The notes under the pieces are model-generated. The model saw only the letters and a list, made by a program, of their open reading frames with translations. It searched no databases and had not been told where the DNA came from. Positions 23,201 to 36,400 of a stretch of DNA of 64,000 bases are shown here, in pieces; the first letter of the stretch is position 1, and each line of letters starts with the position of its first letter. Origin of the DNA: Eledone cirrhosa (taxonomy: Eukaryota); the NCBI GenBank assembly GCA_964016885.1, contig OZ024742.1:145390001-145454000 (forward strand), given 5' to 3'. A program made the position numbers and the translations under genes.

Positions 23201-23444
23201 TAATGGAGATGGAACTCAAAAAACTCTAATAATCCAGCGATATAGGTATGATGAGGCTAGTCTTTGCTGGTCTGAGAAATTTACCATTAATGTGCCAACG
23301 ACTAAAATCATTGCAACGAACGCTTTTCTTGCAAAAATAACAAATAAAAAATTAAGATTACGAGCGTATTTTTCACTTTACAGGAAATGTTTGTTCTGTT
23401 AGAATTTATCTTGATAACTTGATGATTGTTAAATAAATTTATAC

Positions 23445-24632
23445 TCTTCAGGGCTCTGCAGCCTCCGTCTCTGACGTACAGGTACCCCCCGAAGAGGATG
23501 TCCTTGTCCTTGGGTCGCCGATCCTCCCGCCGGCCATTTCTCAACCTTCATATTCAGGCTCCAGCAGCTCACGACACTCACGAGCTGACTGAGCTTGATT
23601 GATGCTCATCCAACCCTCTTCCTGGTGTGGAACTGCTTCGCCATATCGAAGCTCATTTACACATTTCGTAGTGTTCCTTGCTACAGCCACGCATCTCTTC
23701 TCACTGACCTCAACACTTGTATCCGAGTGGCAGCTGAGGGGATATGCAACGTCAGGTTTGACGATTTGGGATGACAACAGGCCACCTTACCTGTTAGAAA
23801 TGGTGGCCTTAGTCTCCAATCTCCGATCTCGTTGGCTTTGCCGACGTTTCTTTCGTCAGTAACCTCTTGCCATGTCCTCATAAACAAGGTTCTCCATAAC
23901 ACAACAGAACCCACTGTGATAGAGAAACGCGAGGCTCTCTGCGAGACTTGGAAACGGCTCGGACTCCGCCCTGTATGCGTCAAATTCTCCCAGTGCACCA
24001 GCTCGACCAGCACCGTCTCGCGTGTTTTCGCTAGGCTTCGCAACCCCACAGCGGTACCTGGCTCAATTCCTTACCCTCTTTTTCGACTGGCACACAACGA
24101 TAGCCTGTGAATCGGGGTTTCCTCCGGATCTGCGAGCCACATAAATGTCACTGCGGATCCAATGTAAACTCTTTCGGTCTTCACCCGCTGTCCTCTTGCT
24201 ACAGTGCCCGGTTGCGTTCCTCGCCTTGCTGCTCTCAACGAGATCATAAAGGAGGGCTTTGATGCCGCAGGCTCTCCTTCTCAGCTCGAGCCGGTGGGGA
24301 TGAACCGGGGGGGACGGCAAAAAGCCAGACGGCATGACCATCTTCCCGTTCTGCTGTGGTAAACCCCTGATCTAGGATGCCACATGGTGCAGTCTGTGAC
24401 TAATCCAGGCTCTGCTGCACTTCGGGCTGAGAAGGCTAAACTCTCCAAATATCGGTCGCTCTCCAACGGGTCTGCGGTCGAGCCCGTAACAGTGAAGACT
24501 TCTGGTGTCCCTGGCCCTAGGACCACCACCCTACTCACCACCATCGGCACGGAGTTGGCTACCCGCAGGTGTGAGCCCCGCGAGCTGGAATGGCTCTTTC
24601 AATGCATCGAGTGGGCTCCCATTTGCATATAA
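23445..24632 (+). mobile_element. CRE-like non-LTR retrotransposon, post-RT to RLE domain, frameshifted (family A)
   Basis: Across frames: LGSPI, DAHPTLFLVWNCFAISKLIY, QATLPVRNGGL, ALPTFLSS, ICEPHKCHCG, LNEIIK, RGDGKKPDGMTIFPF, VEPVTVKTSG, WLFQ. Confidence 0.85.
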
Positions 24633-25387
24633 TGATGAGAGATGGGGAGAGCGGGAGAGACCAGGGTAGGGAGTTAAAAAGAGAGAACATCAACACACAC
24701 ACGCACTGGATAAAACAAAGAAAGTTGAAACCATCCACTTGTATCAGTGTTAGTTGCTGTTGTTAATGATATACAGAAGACCCCGATATTCGCGTTCCTA
24801 GAGCACCCGCGAAGAGTGAAAAAACGCGAATATTGGACGTGGTCCATAAAAATGCCTATAAGCGTCAAAACATAACGTAAAATATAATAAAAAAGAGGGA
24901 GCATCTTATGGGAGGGGGCGTCTAATAGGCCAGTAAATATAGTACATTGTTATTAATAATTTAGCGTTAAAAAAATATATATATTGCCAAGAAAAAAGCC
25001 ATTAAATAATCGCGGAAAATATTTACGGATCCGCAGTGATTTCCACGAGGAATTATTAGTTAGGTTCTAAGGAAAATTCTGCGAATAACCGGGACCGCGA
25101 ATGCCGGGATACACTGTATATCAAGTAAGATAAAACGATAAATTAAATGGTATTATTTTCTTTCTGATTACTTAATCTTGTATTTACTGTAGAATTATTG
25201 CATTGCTTTTATGATATGAATTTAGTTTTATTTATACTTTTAGTTTTATTAATTTTAAAAGAATACTTTGAGTGTAGCTTTCGATATTGGTTGAGGATAT
25301 AGAAACAATGTAATATGCAAATAAAGTTTGTACATATGCTGCAACACTGGCTTCAATTTTAAAGATATATATATGTGTGTGTGTATG

Positions 25388-26001
25388 GGTCACTCTCGAG
25401 TGCTACTGGTAACATGTAACCCAGTACAACCTGTCGCATGGTCGGGTCGTCGGCGACTAAACCGGCAACCCCACCAAGTTTACTTGGTGAGGAGGGTGTT
25501 TTTGGATACCCTACAGGACAAAAACAAAACCTGACAAAGGGCGGAAGAGCTCATAAGGGTCAACGGCCATCCAAAAGTGTGTAAATATGTATATACACAT
25601 GTACATATGTATGTATATGTGTATATACATGGGTGCATGTGTATGTATATGCGCGGGGACATAGAAATAGTCGGGCTGGATACCCGATCGCGCGGTTAAA
25701 CCACTGGGAGTGAAGGACCCCTAGCCTTTGTCAGGGCATTCTTCTAGGAGAAGGTAACTCAGGAAACTGGGATAACTCCGACATAAAACCTACGGCTCAG
25801 TAGTTACCGATGATGTTGATCTTTTCTTCTTTTCGGGTTATAACTACTGTCGCTTAGAGAGTGGGATTGGCTCAGTGCACAGTCTTTCCTCACTTTAAAA
25901 AATATCTTCATGCACAGACATTGCACAATAGAATTAATTAATAATTATTAATAATGGTATATCGTGCAATGGTCATACTCGATAACGAGGGGGCAGCCAT
26001 C
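25388..26001 (+). mobile_element. ~600 bp structured non-autonomous element, apparently full copy
   Basis: Homologous to the reverse complement of 29838-30446; contains ctaggagaaggtaactc, a motif I recall from RTE-type 5' UTRs; microsatellite flanks. Confidence 0.8.
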
Positions 26002-26099
26002 ATATATATATATATATATAGCTCTGATACTGAATTAATCTAATCCATTCGGATTATTTTGTCTCAGTTATTCATAGAGCAACATCGGTGAGGTTGGCA

Positions 26100-26599
26100 C
26101 CACAAATTCAGGGATGTATGTGGATATATTCATGTATATGTATGTATCCGCATGTATCTGTGTATTTCTTTATATTGTTTATAACTCCCTATGGTAGAGT
26201 AACCATTGAAGTGTAGTGACTGCTGGAAAGCTATCATTACTTATACTTCTCGCTATCCTAGCCATCTCTTCTACGGCTTTGATATAAATACCCCCACGCA
26301 TTTTGTGGTATTTTTTCTTGGTTGTAAGAGGCTTAGCTCTGTTTCTTGACCGCTGTATCATGTGATTGACTCCCCCTCCGCCTTTCGGGATTCTATCTCG
26401 TGTTCTACGGATGTGTTTTGAAACTCTTAATGAGGTATCCTCTTGATAAGTCGGCAAACCTCACAAAAATTACTATATCTCTGTGATGTAGTGTTTTTGC
26501 ATAATATGCCACGAAACTACGTAGTCGAGGACTGGTGAAGGAATTTGGGTATGGTATATCTTATTAATTATATCTAATGTTTCTTCTTTCTTTATAATG

Positions 26600-26635
<36 letters not shown>

Positions 26636-26950
26636 TATCGAGAATCGGAATCTCGGCCCACGAAATAACGAAACACAATCTTCGAAATGCGTGGCAAAGG
26701 GCTCAATAGTTTGGATAAACCAGAGCTATAACTAACGTTTAAATACCAACACACGGAGACAATGCTTAAAATCATTCGCACAGCCGAAAAAACGACCAAG
26801 AAAATTCGGGTCAGACAAATAATAATATAAATGAATGAAAAATCTTTACCCGGACCCACTAGAAGGATGGTAAATTCCAGCATTTTGGTTTCTGCGGCTC
26901 CTAAATTAGTTACCGTCAGCTTACATAAAAAATATCCGGCTTCTGGTAGA
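26100..26950 (+). mobile_element. Probable Penelope-like element 5' remnant (pLTR with decayed hammerhead plus ORF N-terminus)
   Basis: gtg...cac-GAAA-CTACGTAG-TC-gag at 26479-26529 with a mutated CUGAUGA box; downstream MLKIIRTAEKTTKKI...NEKSLP resembles PLE ORF N-termini. Confidence 0.5.
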
Positions 26951-26951
26951 A

Positions 26952-26992
<41 letters not shown>

Positions 26993-26995
26993 TGT

Positions 26996-27069
<74 letters not shown>

Positions 27070-27146
27070 CCCTTATCGAGTCCTCTCTGGATTTTGGTGC
27101 GTATATTTATTATTACTACATGCATACAAACATACATACATACATA

Positions 27147-29469
27147 ATAAGTGAGGGTACCCTTGAGACTGTGATAGGAAAACTCCAAGATAAGAAAACA
27201 CCAGGAAGAGACATGATTGTCGGCTACTGGTACAAAAAACTGAAATTCTATCGGAGGTATCTTACTGACCTCTACCAACAAGTTCTTAAGGGAGATACAC
27301 TTATACCAGAATGGTTGACATTAGCACAAACATTACTGGTCCCCAAGAACAAAGACACCCACTTGACAAAAAACTACCGACCCATTGCATGCCACAACCT
27401 GATGTATAAGATGTATACAGCCTGGCTGAACCTATTCCTCCAAGATCACTGTGAAAATAATAACATCATCACAGATGAACAAGCAGCTGGAAAGAAAGGG
27501 GTTTGGGGATGTGCTGAACAACTCCTAATCAACAAAACTGCGATGTCGGAGGTGCGACAACTTAGGAGGAATATGGCTACAGTCTGGCTGGACTACAGGA
27601 AAGCTTTCGATTCTGTTCGCCACTCTTGGATGATAGAGGCTCTCCAACTTGCTAAAGTCCCAGACATTATTGTCAGAGCCATAGAAAGGCTATCTTCTTC
27701 TTGGGCTACTCTCCTAAGGTTAAAGACAGAGAGGGAGGACTCTATTTTCACTGATAAAATAAAATATTGCAAGGGTATATTTCAGGGGGACAGTCTCTCT
27801 GTGATATTATTCATCTTGTCATTAAACCCCTTGTCCTTTCTGCTCAAGAAATGTGAGGGATACATCATTGGCTCACAGGAGGACAGAAATACGAACCTAA
27901 CCCATAATTTCTTTGTGGACGATCTGAAACTCTATGCCAAGAACATGGATGGGATGAAGAAAAATCTTGACCTGGTTACAACGTTCTCAAAGGATATAGG
28001 AATGGAGTTTGGCCAAGATAAATGCTCATATATAACTCTAAAGTGGGGAAAAACAACAACCCAATCTAGCAACATTGTCATCAATGGCATAACTGTTTCA
28101 CCGATATCTGATGAGGACTGCTACAGATACCTGGGGATAGATGAGAACATATCCTATAATGGCATCTGTAATAAAGAACGCGTAACCAGGAAATACTACA
28201 CCCGATTAAGAAAGATCTGGTCATCGTAACTCTCTGCGCAAAACAAAACAGTGGCTCTCAATGTGTTTGCTGTGTCTGTCCTAACACCAACGTTTAGAAT
28301 ACTCAATTGGGCGATAGACGAAATCCGAGCAGTTGATGTTGGAACTCGAAAAATACTAAACAACACCGGAAACTTCCACATCAACAGTGACATAGACCGC
28401 CTTTACTTGAAACGTAAGCAGGGAGGAAAAAGCCTAACATCGGTCCAGACAACATTTGAATGTCGCATCATATCTCTCCGACAATATCTACGAACCTCGA
28501 AGCGTAGGAGCCCGTTTCTATCTGCATGAAACAGATAAGATCATGAGAGTTGGGAAGGAACTTCTCGAGAGATATTCCCTGTGTGATAATCAAAAACTCA
28601 CACCCAGGGATGTCGCTCAGCAGTATCGCAGTGACTCCATGGATGAAAAACTGCATGCTTATCAGCAAAAAAATCATGCATGGATATGTTGCCAGGAAGC
28701 TCCAGAGTGAAAGTAATATAGATAAGGAAAGTAGTCTATGGTGGACCAACAACCGCTATATTGGCTCCCACTTTGAAGGATACGCTTTTGCAATCCAAGA
28801 ACAGGAGATTAACACGAAATACCTGATTCACAAAAGAGATAGGGATGCAGGCAAAACACCTAAATGTGATAACAAGTGCAGACTCTGCAGAACTAACATC
28901 GAGGATATCACCCATGTCATCAGCAGCTGTCCAAAGATGTCATCGCGGTACTATCTACCTATGAGGCATGATGTAGTGGCCAAAACACTGTACAATGCAG
29001 TTCGTAAAAAAGATAGGCCCGATAATAAACACATTAAAAGCTACAGCAATGTGGAAGACATAATGTACATAATATGAAAGAGTACTGGTGGAATGTTCCA
29101 GTAAAAACCTCAATAAAATGCAGGCATAACAGACCAGATATTATGATATGGGACAGGGAGAAGAAAGCATGCACAGTAGTGGAAATTAGCTGCCCAGCAG
29201 ATGCCAATATAATATCAAAGATTAGCGAAAAGGAGAATATTTATGCAGAACTGATGAGAAATCTGCAGATACTCCACCCTGATTACACCTTCAGATTTAT
29301 GCCTGTGATTATTGGGGCACTGGGGTATGTTAGTAACTGCTTCAATACAAATCTTGAGAAGCTAGGCTTCACAGGAACAGAAAGAACACAATTAGTTAGG
29401 AAATTACAAGTACAATCCATTAATGGAACAGTAAAAATATGTAAAACATTCCAAAAATGTTGCATCTAA
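27147..29469 (+). pseudogene. Reverse transcriptase / zinc knuckle / restriction-like endonuclease ORF, disrupted
   Basis: In-frame stop at 28227-28229 and frameshifts near 28525, 28670 and 29075. Confidence 0.9.
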
Positions 29470-29708
29470 TAACTGCATATACACATGTACAGATGCAAAG
29501 CATATACACATGCACACATACAACTCAAAACATACACATCCACACATGCAATAACATCCATATCTACACATGCAGACATGCAGACATAATCTACCTAGTT
29601 GATGTTGTGTAAATTCCAATGAGAGAGTCTTGTGTCTATGTTAGAAACCGACTCTCTCTCTCTATTGGAAAACATTTATGAAATTATAAAACCAGAAGAA
29701 CAGAAGAA
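27147..29708 (+). mobile_element. R4/Dong-like RLE non-LTR retrotransposon, 5'-truncated, between (CATA)n runs
   Basis: RT motifs NYRPIAC, WLDYRKAFDSV, GIFQGDSLS, FVDDLKLY and YRYLG; RLYLKRKQGG; CRLC..EDITHVISSC knuckle; RHD; NRPDI...VEISCP RLE. Preceded and followed by catacata. Confidence 0.92.
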
Positions 29709-29837
29709 CATACATACATACATACGTACATGCGTACACACACACATACATACATACATACATAGATGCATACATACATACATACATACATACATACATA
29801 CATACATACATACATACATACATACATACATACATAC

Positions 29838-30446
29838 ATGGTGGCTGCCAACTCGTTTTCGAGTACGGCCACTACTTTATATCCATGTAGGAGAACCCCT
29901 ACTGATGCGCTGAACGAGTGTGACTTTTTAGTCCAGCCAGCGACTTGAAAACTCTGGTACAAACACTACACTTGTGACAATTATTGACACATAGTACTTT
30001 ACCTTTGGTACCATGTGACGACAAGTGCAGAGAGATATCCAGATATAAAGCAATGCCTGTGCCGTGAAGCTTTTATAGTGAGCAAAGGCACTGCACAAAG
30101 CCAGTCCCACTCTCTTAACCAAGATGATATTTACCAAAAAGAAGAACAACTCAACATCATTGGATGCCATCAGAGTTGCAGGTGTTATATCAGAGTTTTC
30201 CTTCTCCTAGAATTCTGCCTTGACAAAGGCTAAGAGGTCATCTCTCCCGGTGATTTTGGATGGCCATTGACTCTTCAGAGCTCCTTTGCCCTTTGACAGG
30301 TTTTGTTTTTAGTCCTGCAGGATGTCCAAAGTCACCCTCCTCACCAAGAAACCTCGGTGGGGCTGCCAGTTTAGTCGTCAACGACCCGACCATGAGACAG
30401 GTTGTACTGGGATACATGTTACCAGTAGCACCAACTGGTGACCTGA
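29838..30446 (-). mobile_element. ~600 bp structured non-autonomous element, full copy between (CATA)n runs
   Basis: Multi-copy in the window; strand assigned only from the ctaggagaaggaaaactctg motif. Confidence 0.82.
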
Positions 30447-32164
30447 CATACATACATACATACATACATACATACATACATACATACATACATACATACA
30501 TACATACATACATACATACATACATACATACATCGCGAGAGGGAGGGTGTGTTTGAGAGAGAGACAGAATTGTGATAGTGAGAGTGGGAAATTTATTGTA
30601 TTTTACATGTTCTCTGTTACTTTGGTGGTGTTTCCTCTTTTCTGTGCCCTATAGCGAGATGTTTGCGTTGCGTGAGAAGTGACAGCTCATACCACCATTC
30701 AGGAAAGTCAAGTCAATGCATCAGCTGCAATGGAAGGCTAACATTTTTTGAAAATATATCGTCTGTTTTCTGTGTCCCAAAAAAGATTTTTTATTTATTT
30801 TATTATCAGTACATCCTGTAAAGTGGTTGGTGATAGCAAAGGTAGTCAACTGTAGAAAGCTTGTTAAAAAATGTGATAAGGAGACTTTTCAGTTGTGTCA
30901 ATGGCACGACAATACCTCTAGTGTTGACTCGATTAAACACACACAGTATACTCTGTAAAATGGTTGCTGATAGGAAGACTATCCAGCTATAGAAAACGTG
31001 TCAAACAACGTGTTGTTATCTTAGTGAGTAAAATGTCTATTTATACATTGATAAATTAGCTTTAGGAAATGGAAGTGGATCAACTATTTCCTTCTTTTAT
31101 AGCAAGTCCACAGAGTGGCAGTGAAAGAATTAGTGGGATCGTTGTATGAACGGTCTTTTTTTTTTTCTTTTTTTTTTTGTCCCTTCAACGTAGGTGATTC
31201 AGGGAATGAGAGAGCGAGAGAGAGAACGGGGGGAAATAGCCATAGTACTTGATTAGGACTATATTTATCGACACCGAAGGGGTGAAAGACAAAACTAACC
31301 TCAGCAGGAATTGAACTCAGAGCATAGATAGCTGGAACAAATACCACGAAGTATTCTATCCGACACTCTAACGACTCTGACTTTAAAATATCTATTGCTA
31401 AGTACAATCCATAGTTAACTTAACTGGTTGTAAAACATGAGAAACCTTGTATCTATTCGCTGTTTTATCAACGGTCTTGTTCTGAACTGTTTGGTTACTA
31501 TATTAGACCAGACGAGTGTTTCCGTCTTACCACTGCTGAGATTTAAAACAATTCTTATCTCATTTCTAATATGTTTTATCATTTAAGCTTATAATATGTC
31601 GAGTCCTTTACAAAGTTTCAACTGTGTTTTAGTGCATCACTTCACAAATGTAACAAAGGAATGATATAGTGTCTACTTTTTTCTCTGTAAATGTATGGCC
31701 CAATTTTCTTGCAAGGGACTAGTAAAAGCTTGATCTGTTTTGTTTTCTATTTATAAATATTGTTTGACCAGTCCTGAGTAGTTATAAGCTTGAGACAACT
31801 TACGTTCATCCGTAAACTCTCAATTACATGAACTAAAGGTAAATGGAATGTGACTGTAATTGCGAAATTTTGAATTATATGTAATTGCAGTTGGTATATG
31901 ATGTGATTATAGTAATTGTAGTGGTTTGATTGTTGCTACAGACGTGTGTTGCCTTTCATCCTTCCGAGATCGATAAAAAGTGCCGTGTCGAATCTTCATC
32001 CATATCTCTTTATCACTTCCCCTCTATCACCCTCTTTCTTTACTCTGGAAGAAATTGGCCGTATTCAGATCTGGAGAAGGCATTGGTTCCGCCAGGTTTA
32101 AACAAAATGCCCTAGAAACGTCGTTTGTCACTAAAGCACTCCTACGATTCTACCAGGAGCTACA

Positions 32165-32514
32165 TGTCCATCCATCCATCCATCCCTGCATACATACCTA
32201 CATACATACATACATACATACATACATACATACATGCATACATACATACATACATACATACATGCATACATACATACATACATACATACATACATACATA
32301 CATACATACATACATACATGCAGACATACATACATACATACATACATACATACATACATGCATACATACATACATACATACATGCATACATGCATACATA
32401 CATACATACATACATACATACATACATACATACATACATACATACATGCATACATGCATCCATCCCTGCATACATACATACATACATACATACATACATA
32501 CATACATACATACA
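32165..32514. repeat. (CATA)n microsatellite
   Basis: Long CATA run with CATG variants. Confidence 0.97.
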
Positions 32515-33197
32515 AAAGAGGAGGGCCAGCAGCTGACAATAAATGTAGGTTATGTAAAACAAAGATCGAGGATGTAAGCCACATTGTTGCCAGCTGCGAA
32601 AGAATGTCATCTCGCTACTACCTCCCCATGAGACACGATGGGATAGCTAGAACCATCTGGAACGCACTTCGGAAAACAAAATTAACAACAAACGAGGAAG
32701 AATATATTGAGACAGATGGCACTAAGGAATACTGGTGGAACCTGAAAATAAAAACTGCCACCAAATTAAAGCACAACCGGCCTGATATTGTTGTTTGGGA
32801 CCACACATTGAAAACGTGTTCTGTTGTGGAGATCAGCTACCCACTTGAAGTAAACGTTGTCAGAAAAATACAGGAGAAGGAGGACATCTACGGACCATTG
32901 ATGAGGAGTTTACAAATCCAGTATCCAAGATACACCTTTAGCTTCATACCCATCATTATTGGAGCTACGGGTTATATACCAACCCGCTAAGACCAAAGTA
33001 TGACTGAACTTGGATTTGCGGACAAAAAGCGCAGCTCCCTAATTCATAGTCTACAAATGGCTGCGATAGCTGGCACCTTCAAAATTTGCAAAACATTCTT
33101 GCGATTCAAGGGATGACAATTTCTTTTCTTTTACAACCTTGCCACCAGGAAGGTGGCCGGTCAAAAAAATATACTCGAAATGAAGAGAAAGAGATAA
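32515..33197 (+). mobile_element. R4/Dong-like LINE 3' fragment (second subfamily) in (CATA)n
   Basis: DNKCRLCKTKIEDVSHIVASC..MSSRYYLPMRHD...HNRPDIVVWD...VEISYP; flanked by CATA on both sides. Confidence 0.9.
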
Positions 33198-33840
33198 CAT
33201 ACATACATACATACATACATACATACATACATACATACATACATACATACATACATACATACATACATGATGGCTGCCAACTCGTTTTCGAGTACGGCCA
33301 CTACTTTATATCCATGTAGGAGAACTCCTACCGATGCGCTGAACGAGTGTGACTTTTTAGTCCAGCCAGCGACTTGAAAACTCTGGCACAAACACTACAG
33401 TCATACCCATCATTATTGGAGCTAAGGGTTATATACCAACCCGCTAAGACCAAAGTATGACTGAACTTGGATTTGCGGACAAAAAGCGCAGCTCCCTAAT
33501 TCATAGTCTACAAATGGCTGCGATAGCTGGCACCTTCAAAATTTGCAAAACATTCTTGCGATTCAAGGGATGACAATTTCTTTTCTTTTACAACCTTGCC
33601 ACCAGGAAGGTGGCCGGTCAAAAAAATATACTCGAAATGAAGAGAAAGAGATAACATACATACATACATACATACATACATACATACATACATACATACA
33701 TACATACATGATGGCTGCCAACTCGTTTTCGAGTACGGCCACTACTTTATATCCATGTAGGAGAACTCCTACCGATGCGCTGAACGAGTGTGACTTTTTA
33801 GTCCAGCCAGCGACTTGAAAACTCTGGCACAAACACTACA
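32944..33840. repeat. Local tandem duplication (~450 bp) of LINE 3' end, (CATA)n and one end of the 600 bp element
   Basis: 32944-33399 is repeated at 33401-33840. Confidence 0.9.
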
Positions 33841-34579
33841 CTTGTGACAATTATTGACACATAGTGCTGGGCCCATGGTACCATGTGACGACAAGTGCAG
33901 AGAGATCTCCAGATATAAAGCAATGCCTGTGCCGTGAAGCTTTTATAGTGAGCAAAGGCACTGCACAAAGCCAGTCCCACTCTCTTAACCAAGATGATAT
34001 TTACCATACGTACATACATATGTACATAGAAATATGGCAGTAATTGTTATAGTACTGTGGTAGTTGCAATAGATGTGAGATGGGGATTGCTGTAATGCTG
34101 TGGTAATAGCAATAAAAATGAAGTGGTGCATACGGTATTATGATAATTGTAATAGCAACCATGTTCATAGTGACGTGATAGCTGTTACAGAGGTATTTGG
34201 TAGTAATAGCAAACGTGGCCTTAGTAGAGTAATAATGTGACTACTCCATTATAGATATGGAAAATATTCAATAATTTAGATACTGAGCAACCTCTGCCCT
34301 TTGTATATTACTGAGCAGATAAGCACAGAAGTATACGACTCAACGATGTATTACTAAAATGTGTGGACACTCACCTATAGTTTAATGCTCTACGGTGTTG
34401 TGATGAACTCGGTGGTGAAGTACTGAACTAAAATCTTAAATGTATTGGTCAGTCTAAGACTATATTTACCATGTGCACCATGCTGTGTTGATTTAGCACA
34501 GAACCATGTGGATGTTGAGAATTCTTCCTAATCACACAGCCATGTCTGGTCTGTACCATATGTGCATAACAGCTCTATG

Positions 34580-35221
34580 CAGGGCTGGGTTTATAGCGGG
34601 GCGGATGGGATACCCCCCCACACACACACACACACACACCCCCAGCTGGAGGCTCTATCGGTGGGGGTGAGACCTAGTAAGATAGATGTGCCCTGGGACA
34701 GCCAAAGGCATACCCCCTGATGGGCTTTTTGATTTTATATTTTAGACACGCCAGAACAATACTTTTTTTTATATACTTAATGTCAATCCTGTGGTCAATT
34801 CCTCGAAATGTCTTTACTTACCAGAATAATATTTAATAAAAAAAAAAAATACTTATGAATTCATTAAAATATCTCTATTGGGGTTGTAGAAGGTAAGGGG
34901 ATGTGATCGTCTAGTTTTATGCAAGAATATAGTATATGTGCATGTATGTATGTGTGTGGGTGTATTTATAACTACATATTTTTGTGTACGTGTGTGTACT
35001 TGTGTGTTTCTAACCACATTTAAGTGTGGAAAGTGCACTTAAAATGAAGGTGGCCTGATTTTTGTCATTCCACGTATGTATGTATAACTTGACATATCCA
35101 ATTGCATGCGCCAAGCCGACTTTGAAATGTAAACCTGGGGGCCGTTGTGTATGAGGGGGCCCCCTCGAACCTGATGTGCCCCCAGACACCCCCCCCCCCC
35201 CAAGTTCTAAGTCAGGCTTTG
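34580..35221. mobile_element. Non-autonomous hAT-like element (MITE)
   Basis: 8 bp TSD GCTCTATG (34572-34579 and 35222-35229); degenerate TIRs cagggctgggttta / taagtcaggctttg. Confidence 0.75.
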
Positions 35222-35355
35222 GCTCTATGCATCAATCAATTAATTAATATATCAATTAATCATCCTCATCCTCAACGTACTTCTGTCTCCTCTACCTCCT
35301 CATCCATCTTCACCTCCACCACCTTATCCATCTCCTCATCATCATTATCACCACC

Positions 35356-35389
<34 letters not shown>

Positions 35390-35397
35390 TCATCATT

Positions 35398-35670
35398 CTA
35401 AAATATTTTTTTCATCCTTACTGCTCTTTCAATCATTTGTATTGTCACCACCTTGAGATGCAACATTTTTTCAATTTCAATGAACAAATCTTTATATTTT
35501 ATGAGCTTTGGTTTGTTAGCTTTAATGGCTCTGTTTGTAGGAAAAGGAAAATCCCAAAGGATCGTTACATTTTGTCGCTCAGTTACACTTTCAGGGTGAT
35601 GGTTATACCACTTGTCCGCAATTTTGATTTTATAATGCCGACATATTAACTCTGTTATGCCTTGGTGCTT
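35398..35670 (-). mobile_element. Older R4-like RLE fragment
   Basis: ICRHYKI...KWYNHHPESV...ILWDF...AIKANKP..KYKDL. Confidence 0.7.
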
Positions 35671-36400
35671 ATTATTATTGTTGACTACTGAGGTAGAAGC
35701 CACGCTTCATATCGGCTCCGGAAATCTTTCAATCCTTCTACCCGCCGCAGATCTCAGTGACGAAGGCGGAGTGTTGGGAAAAGCCGATAAAAGTAGCTGA
35801 AATATGGGAGAGAGTGACTACACACCGATACACAGACACAGACATACTCTATGGTTTTTTCCTGTATCGTCCTGTTTTCTTAATGTAAACCCTTTGTGAT
35901 GAATAAAGAAATCATTATTATTGTGCCGAGGTTAACTTTGCCTTTCATCCTTATGGGGTCGATAAAATAAAGTACCAGTAATATACTGGGTAATTGCTGG
36001 CCTTGTGCCAAAAGTAGAAACAATTATTATTGTTTTTATAAGGGTGGTGGATTAGCCGTTTCAGTAGAGCGTCGCACAACATGCCTTGCAGCATATAGTT
36101 ACGTCCCTTTGGCTTTGTCTTTCATCCTTACGGGGTAGATAAGATAAAGTACCAGTAACACATTTGGGTATATTTAATCACCCCCCCCCCCTCTCCCAAA
36201 GGCTATCAGATACTTTGAAGTATATTGTCACTATTAATAGTAATGAATATTATTTTGCAAGTTTTCTGCATTTGTTACATAAACTTATACGCATACGCAC
36301 ACACGCACACACACACACACTCACTCACATCACCATTTAATGAATACGAAAGTTAAATGATGATGATATGTGTGTGTGTGTATGTGTGTGTGTGTGCATG

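Noticed and set aside
24090-24160. Minus-strand HLCG...EETPIHRLSLC resembling a LINE zinc knuckle
   Set aside because: The plus strand clearly encodes the CRE-like domain here, so the antisense match is coincidental.
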